Shown here piece after piece: positions 37,086-49,700 of a DNA stretch of 64,000 bases. Each line of letters opens with the position of its first letter. Within the stretch, counting starts at the first letter, position 1. Both the position numbers and the translations under genes were made by a program. The DNA is taken from contig NC_043004.1 in NCBI RefSeq assembly GCF_006345805.1, positions 77,810,001 through 77,874,000 on the forward strand, given 5' to 3'. The stretch is from Octopus sinensis (lineage: Eukaryota). Under the pieces are notes generated by a model, which was not told where the DNA came from, ran no database searches, and saw only the letters and a list, made by a program, of their open reading frames with translations.

Positions 37086-37317
37086 TATTTCTTTACTGCC
37101 CACAAGGGGCTAAACATAGAGGGGACAAACAAGGACAGATAAAGGGATTAAGTCGATTACATTGACCCCAGTGCGTAACTGGTACTTAATTTATCGACCC
37201 CGAAAGGATGAAAGGCAAAGTCGACCTTGGCGGAATTTTAACTCAGAACGTAACGACAGACGAAATACCGCTAAGCATTTCGCCCAGGGCACTAATGTTT
37301 CTGCCAGCTCGCCGCCT
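37086..37317 (-). mobile_element. SINE (CCCCTTGTGGG tail subfamily) with about 14-bp TSD
   Basis: TTAGGATGGGTATA flanks both ends (about 37072 and about 37318). Confidence 0.85.
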
Positions 37318-39195
37318 TTAGGATGGGTATATTTACACAGGTGAGCAAGGAAAGGGAACTAGAGAGAAAGAAGAGAAAAAAGAAGACCCAGAATGGGTGG
37401 GAAGGAACAAGGGTATGGTGGAAAGTTGGGTGGGGGGAGAGTGATTGGTAACAGCAAGAGGACAAAGGTAAAGGTGAGGTACGAGATCAAGGTGAGAGTA
37501 AGTGATGGGTGGAGGGTGGGGAGTGAATTATGCACTTTTCCTCTTTTGCATGAATCGATAAGCCATGTCCGTCTGGGTTGATATTAGTATTGAATATTCA
37601 TAAAACTACAGAAATTCCAATTTTTGTGTCTTTGTTTTTTTTGCTGATTTTTTTCTTTCTCCCGCATAATGGTATCCCAAACCTCACACAAACTATTCAA
37701 CAGTGAAGCAGAAATGATTTTTATTCTGTTGTAATTCTCGCCGATACCTAAAGAAGAAAGGTTTATATCTCTAACCTCTTGACAACACATAAAAATGTTT
37801 TGTTTTTTTTATTATGTGAGTAGGAGTCTTCTATTATCCTAATTAATTAAAATAAAAGCTTGTAATTACTTCTCTCTTTTACTCGTTTCAGTCATTAACA
37901 CTTTGGCCATGCTGGAGCACCACCTTGAAGAAAGTCAAGTTGGATGAATTGAGCCCAGGACTTACTTTTCAAACCTGGTGCTTGTTCTATCGGTCTCTTT
38001 TGTTGAACTGCTAAGTTACAGCGATGCAAACAAACCAACACCAGTTATCAAGTGGTGATAGGAGACAAGCACACACACAAATCATCATCATCATCGTTTA
38101 ACATCCGTTTTCCATGCTAGCACGGGTTAGACGGTTTGACCGGGTTCTGGGAAGCCAGGAAGCTGCACCAGGCTCCAGTCTGATCTGGCAGTGTTTCTAC
38201 AGCTGGATGCCCTTCCTAACGCCAACCACTCTGTGAGTGTAGTGGATGGTTTTTATGTGCCAGGGGAGGCTGGCAGCGACCACAATTGGTTGGTGCCTTT
38301 TGCGTGCCACTGGCACAGAAGCCAGTCAAGGCAGTGCTGGCATCGGCCATGTTTGGATGGTGCTTTTTACGCGCCACCGGCACAGATATTGCAACTACAA
38401 TTTCCATTTGATATTTATTTTGATGTTGATGTACTTGACTCAATAGGTCTCCTCATGCACAGCAGGTCATGTGCCACCGGCACAGAAGCCAGTCAAGGCG
38501 GTGCTGGCATTGGCCACGTTAGGATGGTGCTTTTTACGTGCCGCCGGCACAAATATATGTATATATATACACACGACTAACCTCAATCCTAGCAAAAGTG
38601 AGTTTGTAATATATTTTCCTACAGATTGGGAAAATAGATTTAAGATTCACTTTTACCAGGAGTGAGGTTAGTCAAAACCATGAACCCCCAGTACATGACT
38701 GGCACTCAATTTTACCAACCTCAAAAAGACGAAAGACAAAGACGACCCACATCGTGATTAGAACTCAGAATGTAAAGATTTGCAACAAATATCAGAAAGC
38801 ATTATCCATAGTGCAGTAACAGTTCTGCCGCCAATCCACTGCCATAGTAATAATAATGGTGATGACTATGATGATGATGATGATGGTGGTGGATGGTGAC
38901 GGTGGTGGTGGTAATAAGCAATTTGTGAAATTTGATTTGTATCATAAGAAATACAAAGTGTCCCCCGATTCTTTAGTTCCCTTCCCCTCTCCTTATCAAT
39001 AAATAAGAAGGAAAGGCTTTATTTTATTTGCATGAAGAAATTGGAGAAGCTGTAAGCAATGTTTAGTAATTACTGCCAAAAGGAAAGGAATATGGCTGAG
39101 GTAAAAACATATTTGATCTTTATTTTCATTTAGGGATGTTAAAATATGCATGTGCACCTGTTCTAGATTGACTCAGTGAGGAAAACAAAACACAT

Positions 39196-39259
<64 letters not shown>

Positions 39260-40195
39260 GTGTATGAAAAGGTGGTAAATCATATATGTATATACGTGTG
39301 TGTGTGTGTATATATATATCTATATATTTATATATTTATGGTGGAGCAACACCAAGGCAAACCTATTTAGCTCCAAAGCAACAAAATAAATAAACCCAAA
39401 TCAATCAATTTTACTTGATGGTGATAACATTAAAAGATTTAGTGGATGTAATCTAGCTGAAGATAAGAAATCTTAGAGGATTGGGGGTGGGGAAAGAGAT
39501 GGGGAAAAGAGAGAGAGAAGTATGAAAGAATTCTGAATTTTTTGCTTTTTTTTTTTTTTTTTTGTACTGTTCAGCAACTGTTTATAGAAGAAAGTGACGA
39601 TGATAGGGTGAGGGGGTGGAGAAAAGCAGCCGAATGAAGAAGTGGCTGCCACCTACTGTTGTCATCATCTTCATCAGTAGCAGCAGCCTCATTGTTCAGG
39701 AATTGGAAGAAATCTTGGTTAGGTGAGTTGATAAACTATCAGACATCAAACGAATGAGGTTAATGTTTTTGATAATCTACCACAGGCTTTATAGCATTGT
39801 GTCTGCACACATTCCAATCTTAATGGGTGACATAAGATTATCTAAGAGCAAGTACGGTACAGGGCTTACGTTATAATTTACCGTTATACACAAGAACAAA
39901 AACTGTGAAGTTTATTGGAATGCAATGCTGAATTCACTTCCATTTGTAGAAAAAGTCTTCTGAATTTCCCTGAGATCCCTTCTACCTGAGAGATTTATCT
40001 TTCATTTGCTTATAACCATAGAAGCCAGTTGTAAGAATCAGATATCAATTGACCTTTTTTTGCCTAAGACTCTAATAGTGACATTCTTTTTGGTTTCTGG
40101 TTTCCACGGCACATAAGTGACCAAGATCATAACATTCCCCCTGAACAGGACACTGGTTGGAAGGTCCAAGGCTACCAATTTTTAATCAATAATAA

Positions 40196-40532
40196 AGGGT
40201 AAAGACCCCCTTCGGTCATGAATGACCATGGGATTGCACCTAGAAAGTTACCCTCCTAGTCACAAGTCTGGGCAAGGTTGTTTATGGAAGACCAGCAGTC
40301 GCCCATGCATACCAGCCTCCCCTTCACGCAACCAGTGTTATCCAAGGGAAAGACAAAGGTCGATACAGCTTGGCACCTGTGACGTCGCAACTCATTTCTA
40401 CAGCTGAGTGAACTGGAGCAACGTGAAAATAAAGTGCCTTGCTCAAGAACACAACACGCAGCCCGGTCCGGGATTCGAGCTCACAACCTCACGATCGTAA
40501 TCTCGACGCTCTAACCATTGAGCCATGCGCCT
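40196..40532 (-). mobile_element. Full-length CORE-type tRNA-derived SINE with 10-bp TSD
   Basis: Head GGCGCATGGCTCAATGGTTAGAGCG...CTCGAATCCC, followed by CORE-like TGTGTTCTTGAGCAAGGCACTT. TCAATAATAA occurs at 40186-40195 and 40533-40542. Relatives lie at about 9290-9617, 9690-9958, 15105-15355 and 52863-53150. Confidence 0.85.
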
Positions 40533-41932
40533 TCAATAATAATAATCTTGAAAACAATAATGCCAATGAGGTAATACTGAAAACCAATGTTAACAAGAGG
40601 AAGATGGAGAGACAGAGACAGATAGACAGAGTGTAGGAGAGACAGAGAAAGAGAGACAGACAGACAGAGTGGGAGAGAGAGAAAGAAGGTCTTCTGCACT
40701 GGCATGGCTAGGTACAGGTGGAGGTGTGCAGTTAAGAAAGTTGCATCCCAACCGTATGGTTCAGAGTTCAGTTCCATTGCATGGTACCTTTGACAAGAGG
40801 TCTTGCACTATAGTCCTAAACTAATTAAAGCTTTGTGAGTGAATTTGGTGGATGGAAACTGAGAGAAGCCCATTGTCTGTGTGTGTGTGTGTAAGTTGTT
40901 TGAATGAACAAGCGTTTATGTCTCCCCTTTTGTCTCGACATCATGTGATAGTTGTAAATGAGTGTCACCCTCATACAAGCGGGGATATTCATCTCCAAAA
41001 TTTTGTGAAACCTGTTTGGCCACGAGGAAATATTTTGCCTGGAAACAGTTGAATGTTGGTGACAGGAAGGGCATCTGGCTGTAGAAAATCTGCCTCGATA
41101 AACTACACTGAAGCAAGGAAAAGTGGACATTAAGATGATGATGATGATGATTGTGAATTGAGAATGGTATAAATTTGTTAATGCTGGTTTAATAATGTAT
41201 GATTGTTTCATTCAAACTAAAAGTATGCAGGTTATATCTTATATCACCCCAAACTATACGAATGTAGTTATTATAGATCTAATAACTATTGATGTTAGAT
41301 ATCAATATTTATTCAAATAATATTGACTCCTTTTGACCTTTGTTGAAAGAGGTAGAGTTTAGCTAACCAAAATGACCCTCGTGTGTGTGTGTGTGTGTTT
41401 ACATACACACACACAAGTCGTTAACGAAGATAAGCTTTAACATAATGTATTTAGTTAGGCACTTCATTAGTTTGGATAGAATCACTTTCTAATTACTCAC
41501 AGAAATAGAGAAGAATAGATGGAGAGATCTTGAGTAAGTTTGGACAAATGAGGTCTGCAATTATTCAATCAATAGAACCACCAATTCTTTGAATTTTCCA
41601 GTTTTCCAGGCATGTGTACACTTAAACCTAATTTTCCAGTGGAATCAATATGGTGTTGCAAATTATAAGAACAAAATATGGAATCTCATGAAGAGTCCAA
41701 GACAGAATTGATGTGACAATGTGTGTGACAAGACTGTCTTATATTCCATGGAGACACTCGTCTGACCAGCTTCAGTTTACCAATTTTGTTCACGAGACTT
41801 AAGCTCAGCTTAATTTTATGGTAGAAGACATTTTCCAAGACATGTGCTCAAGGTGTTATGCTGTAGGATTGAACCTGGAATATTGAGATTGAGAATTGAA
41901 CTTCCTAATCACTCAGCCATGTATCCAGCAAT

Positions 41933-41963
<31 letters not shown>

Positions 41964-42284
41964 TATAGACATACTTATGCAAACAGTTCATCAAATAGCA
42001 ATATAAGACCTGCACTTTCACACACACACACACAGAAGCTTCTTTCAATTTCTTCCTATAAATTCACTTTTGTCAGGCTATGGTAGAAGACACTTGAGGT
42101 GTCACATTGTAGGACTGAACTTGCAACTATGTGGTTGGGAAACAAACTTCTCAACCACCCAGCCACCATCTACAGAGTAAATCTTTTTTTGTCTTTTTAT
42201 TATTATTATTATTATTATTAATGTCAAAGAATGTTGACAACATGAAAATAAACAGATCAACATACAGACGGATAGGTACATAGG

Positions 42285-42615
42285 TTACAAGAACAGACAC
42301 ATATGGAGACACGGATCCACACATATAAAAATGCACATCCATACATACAAACATGGTATATAGTTGCATAACACACACACACACAGACATGTACACAGAA
42401 GGAGACAGAGGTGCATACATATACGAACACATGCTCACACACACATACATAGAAAATATACAAACAACGGACATGCAAGCACATAAATATGCAGGATACG
42501 TACATACAGATGCACACACATATATACATACATACACATGCAAACACATATACATACATACGTACATGCATGCATGTATAGGCACACACACACTGACCCA
42601 CACACATGCACACAA
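42285..42615. repeat. Degenerate (CA/TA)n low-complexity block
   Basis: Direct reading. Source of the spurious Cys/Val/Tyr/His-rich ORFs. Confidence 0.9.
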
Positions 42616-43722
42616 AAAAACAGAAAGGAACGCAGTGTAAATAATGGACAGAGTGAAGACTATTGAAAAGGTTGCAAGATGCAACGAAAATTTTAGGAAA
42701 ATAAAAATAGGAAATAAGTGGAAATTTTACCGGTGAGTGTGTTACATTATAAGGCACAAAAAGAAACGACTCTCCCCAGACACAACAGAATATGCTTCAA
42801 CACACGAACTCATATAAAGAATCTTGCAAACCAAACCCAAAAACGAAATGTTAACAACATTTAGCTGCAAATTGATGCTGGATATGTTTATCTTGGCATC
42901 AAACAGAGAAAATTCAGGAGACAATTTCCAGGTCTTGTGAGTATCCAGTGTGTGAAGATAACAAACTCTGAGTGTATATAATGGCAGTGTGTGTGTGGAT
43001 GAGGGTATTTATTGAATAAACTGGAGGTGGTGGTGGTGATGGTACTGAATAAGAAAGTGGGAGTGTTGTTCATTAGATAAAGTGGTGGGGTATTTATTGA
43101 ATAAAGTAGGAAGGAGAGGGTTATTGGACGGGGTGGGTGGCATGGAATTGGTAAGTATGGCACCAAAACTGATTACATGGTTTTAATGGAAAATATTTTA
43201 ATGTTTCCTGTTTATGGCTTTGGATCCACACAGGATCAATAACAAAATAAAATGCCAGTCATATATGGTAGTGTGATGGCGGTGGTATTTGCAGTGCCAG
43301 TGGTGGTGTTGGTGGTAGTAATGATGGTGGTGATGGTGATGGTGGTGGTGGTGGTGGTGTCAGTGAAGAATACACTCTCAACTCCTTTCCCTCCCTCCTA
43401 CCATACACTTCCAAATATGATGTTATTCTGCAGCGAAAACATCTAAATTTCCTTTATGGAACCTTCTCTTAACTTACATTTTGGTTTCTGCAGAGATTCT
43501 CCATAGAATCTCTGTGAATCAGTGAAACGAATGGATGAGCTGTTGTGTTTGTCAAATGATGCATAGAAACCATTTCAGTAGACAGCAGTGACGACATGTA
43601 ACTAAATGATATTTGGGTGGGGCGATGGCAGCAGCTGTGGTGGTGGTGGAAGAAGTTTATAAAGAAATTCACAAGGCTAGAAGCATAAGCTGTCACTCAC
43701 TTTAACACCATCATTTGGCCTG

Positions 43723-46700
43723 TGGGTGCTTTGAGCAGAGTTCAGCCAGTTGCAAGAATTTGGGAGCTTTGAGCAGAGTTCAGCCAGTTGCAAGAATTTG
43801 GGAGCTTTGAGCAGAGTTCAGCCAGTTGCAAGAATTTGGGAGCTTTGAGCAGAGTCCAGCCAGTTGCAAGAATTTGGGGGCTTTGAGCAGAGTTCAGCCA
43901 GTTGCAAGAATTTGGGAGCTTTGAGCAGAGTTCAGCCAGTTGCAAGAATTTGGGAGCTTTGAGCAGAGTTCAGCCAGTTGCAAGAATTTGGGAGCTTTGA
44001 GCAGAGTTCAGCCAGTTGCAAGAATTTGGGAGCTTTGAGCAGAGTTCAGCCAGTTGCAAGAATTTGGGAGCTTTGAGCAGAGTTCAGCCAGTTGCAAGAA
44101 TTTGGGAGCTTTGAGCAGAGTCCAGCCAGTTGCAAGAATTTGGGGGCTTTGAGCAGAGTTCAGCCAGTTGCAAGAATTTGGGAGCTTTGAGCAGAGTTCA
44201 GCCAGTTGCAAGAATTTGGGAGCTTTGAGCAGAGTCCAGCCAGTTGCAAGAATTTGGGTGCTTTGAGCAGAGTTCAGCCAGTTGCAAGAATTTGGGAGCT
44301 TTGAGCAGAGTCCAGCCAGTTGCAAGAATTTGGGTGCTTTGAGCAGAGTTCAGCCAGTTGCAAGAATTTGGGAGCTTTGAGCAGAGTTCAGCCAGTTGCA
44401 AGAATTTGGGAGCTTTGAGCAGAGTCCAGCCAGCCAGTTGCAAGAATTTGGGGGCTTTGAGCAGAGTTCAGCCAGTTGCAAGAATTTGGGAGCTTTGAGC
44501 AGAGTTCAGCCAGTTGCAAGAATTTGGGAGCTTTGAGCAGAGTCCAGCCAGTTGCAAGAATTTGGGTGCTTTGAGCAGAGTTCAGCCAGTTGCAAGAATT
44601 TGGGAGCTTTGAGCAGAGTCCAGCCAGTTGCAAGAATTTGGGTGCTTTGAGCAGAGTTCAGCCAGTTGCAAGAATTTGGGAGCTTTGAGCAGAGTTCAGC
44701 CAGTTGCAAGAATTTGGGAGCTTTGAGCAGAGTCCAGCCAGTTGCAAGAATTTGGGGGCTTTGAGCAGAGTTCAGCCAGTTGCAAGAATTTGGGAGCTTT
44801 GAGCAGAGTTCAGCCAGTTGCAAGAATTTGGGAGCTTTGAGCAGAGTCCAGCCAGTTGCAAGAATTTGGGTGCTTTGAGCAGAGTTCAGCCAGTTGCAAG
44901 AATTTGGGAGCTTTGAGCAGAGTCCAGCCAGTTGCAAGAATTTGGGTGCTTTGAGCAGAGTTCAGCCAGTTGCAAGAATTTGGGAGCTTTGAGCAGAGTC
45001 CAGCCAGTTGCAAGAATTTGGGAGCTTTGAGCAGAGTCCAGCCAGTTGCAAGAATTTGGGAGCTTTGAGCAGAGTCCAGCCAGTTGCAAGAATTTGGGAG
45101 CTTTGAGCAGAGTTCAGCCAGTTGCAAGAATTTGGGTGCTTTGAGCAGAGTTCAGCCAGTTGCAAGAATTTGGGTGCTTTGAGCAGAGTTCAGACAGTTG
45201 CAAGAATTTGGGTGCTTTGAGCAGAGTTCAGCCAGTTGCAAGAATTTGGGAGCTTTGAGCAGAGTTCAGCCAGTTGCAAGAATTTGGGAGCTTTGAGCAG
45301 AGTTCAGCCAGTTGCAAGAATTTGGGTGCTTTGAGCAGAGTTCAGCCAGTTGCAAGAATTTGGGTGCTTTAAGCAGAGTTCAGCCAGTTGCAAGAATTTG
45401 GGTGCTTTGAGCAGAGTTCAGCCAGTTGCAAGAATTTGGGAGCTTTGAGCAGAGTTCAGCCAGTTGTAAGAATTTGGGAGCTTTGAGCAGAGTCCAGCCA
45501 GTTGCAAGAATTTGGGGGCTTTGAGCAGAGTTCAGCCAGTTGCAAGAATTTGGGAGCTTTGAGCAGAGTCCAGCCAGTTGCAAGAATTTGGGGGCTTTGA
45601 GCAGAGTTCAGCCAGTTGCAAGAATTTGGGAGCTTTGAGCAGAGTCCAGCCAGTTGCAAGAATTGGGGGCTTTGAGCAGAGTTCAGCCAGTTGCAAGAAT
45701 TTGGGTGCTTTGAGCAGAGTCCAGCCAGTTGCAAGAATTTGGGAGCTTTGAGCAGAGTTCAGCCAGTTGCAAGAATTTGGGTGCTTTGAGCAGAGTCCAG
45801 CCAGTTGCAAGAATTTGGGAGCTTTGAGCAGAGTCCAGCCAGTTGCAAGAATTTGGGAGCTTTGAGCAGAGTCCAGCCCGTTGCAAGAATTTGGGAGCTT
45901 TGAGCAGAGTTCAGCCAGTTGCAAGAATTGGGAGCTTTGAGCAGAGTTCAGCCAGTTGCAAGAATTTGGGTGCTTTGAGCAGAGTCCAGCCAGTTGCAAG
46001 AATTTGGGAACTTTGAGCAGAGTCCAGCCAGTTGCAAGAATTTGGGAGCTTTGAGCAGAGTCCAGCCAGTTGCAAGAATTTGGGTGCTTTGAGCAGAGTC
46101 CAGCCAGTTGTAAGAATTTGGGTGCTTTGAGCAGAGTTCAGCCAGTTGCAAGAATTTGGGTGCTTTGAGCAGAGTCCAGCCAGTTGCAAGAATTTGGGGG
46201 CTTTGAGCAGAGTTCAGCCAGTTGTAAGAATTTGGGAGCTTTGAGCAGAGTCCAGCCAGTTGCAAGAATTTGGGGGCTTTGAGCAGAGTTCAGCCAGTTG
46301 CAAGAATTTGGGGGCTTTGAGCAGAGTCCAGCCAGTTGCAAGAATTTGGGTGCTTTGAGCAGAGTTCAGCCAGTTGCAAGAATTTGGGAGCTTTGAGCAG
46401 AGTCCAGCCAGTTGCAAGAATTTGGGGGCTTTGAGCAGAGTTCAGCCAGTTGTAAGAATTTGGGAGCTTTGAGCAGAGTCCAGCCAGTTGCAAGAATTTG
46501 GGGGCTTTGAGCAGAGTTCAGCCAGTTGCAAGAATTTGGGTGCTTTGAGCAGAGTCCAGCCAGTTGCAAGAATTTGGGAGCTTTGAGCAGAGTTCAGCCA
46601 GTTGCAAGAATTTGGGTGCTTTGAGCAGAGTCCAGCCAGTTGCAAGAATTTGGGAGCTTTGAGCAGAGTCCAGCCAGTTGCAAGAATTTGGGAGCTTTGA

Positions 46701-49700
46701 GCAGAGTCCAGCCCGTTGCAAGAATTTGGGAGCTTTGAGCAGAGTTCAGCCAGTTGCAAGAATTTGGGAGCTTTGAGCAGAGTTCAGCCAGTTGCAAGAA
46801 TTTGGGTGCTTTGAGCAGAGTCCAGCCAGTTGCAAGAATTTGGGAACTTTGAGCAGAGTCCAGCCAGTTGCAAGAATTTGGGAGCTTTGAGCAGAGTCCA
46901 GCCAGTTGCAAGAATTTGGGTGCTTTGAGCAGAGTCCAGCCAGTTGTAAGAATTTGGGTGCTTTGAGCAGAGTTCAGCCAGTTGCAAGAATTTGGGTGCT
47001 TTGAGCAGAGTCCAGCCAGTTGCAAGAATTTGGGGGCTTTGAGCAGAGTTCAGCCAGTTGTAAGAATTTGGGAGCTTTGAGCAGAGTCCAGCCAGTTGCA
47101 AGAATTTGGGGGCTTTGAGCAGAGTTCAGCCAGTTGCAAGAATTTGGGGGCTTTGAGCAGAGTCCAGCCAGTTGCAAGAATTTGGGTGCTTTGAGCAGAG
47201 TTCAGCCAGTTGCAAGAATTTGGGAGCTTTGAGCAGAGTCCAGCCAGTTGCAAGAATTTGGGGGCTTTGAGCAGAGTTCAGCCAGTTGTAAGAATTTGGG
47301 AGCTTTGAGCAGAGTCCAGCCAGTTGCAAGAATTTGGGGGCTTTGAGCAGAGTTCAGCCAGTTGCAAGAATTTGGGGGCTTTGAGCAGAGTCCAGCCAGT
47401 TGCAAGAATTTGGGGGCTTTGAGCAGAGTTCAGCCAGTTGCAAGAATTTGGGAGCTTTGAGCAGAGTCCAGCCAGTTGCAAGAATTTGGGGGCTTTGAGC
47501 AGAGTTCAGCCAGTTGCAAGAATTTGGGAGCTTTGAGCAGAGTTCAGCCAGTTGTAAGAATTTGGGTGCTTTGAGCAGAGTTCAGCCAGTTGCAAGAATT
47601 TGGGTGCTTTGAGCAGAGTCCAGCCAGTTGCAAGAATTTGGGGGCTTTGAGCAGAGTTCAGCCAGTTGCAAGAATTTGGGAGCTTTGAGCAGAGTCCAGC
47701 CAGTTGTAAGAATTTGGGTGCTTTGAGCAGAGTTCAGCCAGTTGCAAGAATTTGGGTGCTTTGAGCAGAGTCCAGCCAGTTGCAAGAATTTGGGGGCTTT
47801 GAGCAGAGTTCAGCCAGTTGTAAGAATTTGGGAGCTTTGAGCAGAGTCCAGCCAGTTGCAAGAATTTGGGGGCTTTGAGCAGAGTTCAGCCAGTTGCAAG
47901 AATTTGGGGGCTTTGAGCAGAGTCCAGCCAGTTGCAAGAATTTGGGGGCTTTGAGCAGAGTTCAGCCAGTTGCAAGAATTTGGGAGCTTTGAGCAGAGTT
48001 CAGCCAGTTGTAAGAATTTGGGTGCTTTGAGCAGAGTTCAGCCAGTTGCAAGAATTTGGGTGCTTTGAGCAGAGTCCAGCCAGTTGCAAGAATTTGGGTG
48101 CTTTGAGCAGAGTCCAGCCAGTTGCAAGAATTTGGGGGCTTTGAGCAGAGTTCAGCCAGTTGCAAGAATTTGGGTGCTTTGAGCAGAGTCCAGCCAGTTG
48201 CAAGAATTTGGGGGCTTTGAGCAGAGTTCAGCCAGTTGTAAGAATTTGGGAGCTTTGAGCAGAGTCCAGCCAGTTGCAAGAATTTGGGGGCTTTGAGCAG
48301 AGTTCAGCCAGTTGCAAGAATTTGGGTGCTTTGAGCAGAGTCCAGCCAGTTGCAAGAATTTAGGGTCTTTGAGTAGAGTCCAGCCAGTTGCAAGAATTTG
48401 GGGCTTTGAGCAGAGTTCAGCCAGTTGCAAGAATTTGGGAGCTTTGAGCAGAGTTCAGCCAGTTGTAAGAATTTGGGTGCTTTGAGCAGAGTTCAGCCAG
48501 TTGCAAGAATTTAGGGTCTTTGAGTAGAGTCCAGCCAGTTGCAAGAATTTGGGGGCTTTGAGCAGAGTTCAGCCAGTTGCAAGAATTTGGGAGCTTTGAG
48601 CAGAGTTCAGCCAGTTGTAAGAATTTGGGTGCTTTGAGCAGAGTTCAGCCAGTTGCAAGAATTTAGGGTCTTTGAGTAGAGTCCAGCCAGTTGCAAGAAT
48701 TTGGGGGCTTTGAGCAGAGTTCAGCCAGTTGCAAGAATTTGGGAGCTTTGAGCAGAGTTCAGCCAGTTGTAAGAATTTGGGTGCTTTGAGCAGAGTTCAG
48801 CCAGTTGCAAGAATTTGGGTGCTTTGAGCAGAGTTCAGCCAGTTGCAAGAATTTGGGGGCTTTGAGCAGAGTTCAGCCAGTTGTAAGAATTTGGGAGCTT
48901 TGAGCAGAGTTCAGCCAGTTGCAAGAATTTGGGAGCTTTGAGCAGAGTCCAGCCAGTTGCAAGAATTTGGGGGCTTTGAGCAGAGTTCAGCCAGTTGTAA
49001 GAATTTGGGGGCTTTGAGCAGAGTTCAGCCAGTTGTAAGAATTTGGGTGCTTTGAGCAGAGTTCAGCCAGTTGTAAGAATTTGGGTGCTTTGAGCAGAGT
49101 TCAGCCAGTTGCAAGAATTTGGGAGCTTTGAGCAGAGTTCAGCCAGTTGTAAGAATTTGGGTGCTTTGAGCAGAGTTCAGCCAGTTGCAAGAATTTGGGA
49201 GCTTTGAGCAGAGTTCAGCCAGTTGTAAGAATTTGGGTGCTTTGAGCAGAGTTCAGCCAGTTGCAAGAATTTGGGTGCTTTGAGCAGAGTCCAGCCAGTT
49301 GCAAGAATTTGGGGGCTTTGAGCAGAGTTCAGCCAGTTGTAAGAATTTGGGTGCTTTGAGCAGAGTTCAGCCAGTTGTAAGAATTTGGGTGCTTTGAGCA
49401 GAGTTCAGCCAGTTGAAAGAATTTGGGAGCTTTGAGCAGAGTTCAGCCAGTTGTAAGAATTTGGGTGCTTTGAGCAGAGTTCAGCCAGTTGCAAGAATTT
49501 GGGAGCTTTGAGCAGAGTTCAGCCAGTTGTAAGAATTTGGGTGCTTTGAGCAGAGTTCAGCCAGTTGCAAGAATTTGGGTGCTTTGAGCAGAGTCCAGCC
49601 AGTTGCAAGAATTTGGGGGCTTTGAGCAGAGTTCAGCCAGTTGCAAGAATTTGGGAGCTTTGAGCAGAGTCCAGCCAGTTGCAAGAATTTGGGGGCTTTG

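Noticed and set aside
40023-40038. 16-nt match to the 38-bp unit (and a 15-nt reverse match at 59573-59587)
   Set aside because: Short, AT-rich and not extendable. Cannot be distinguished from chance without a statistical test.
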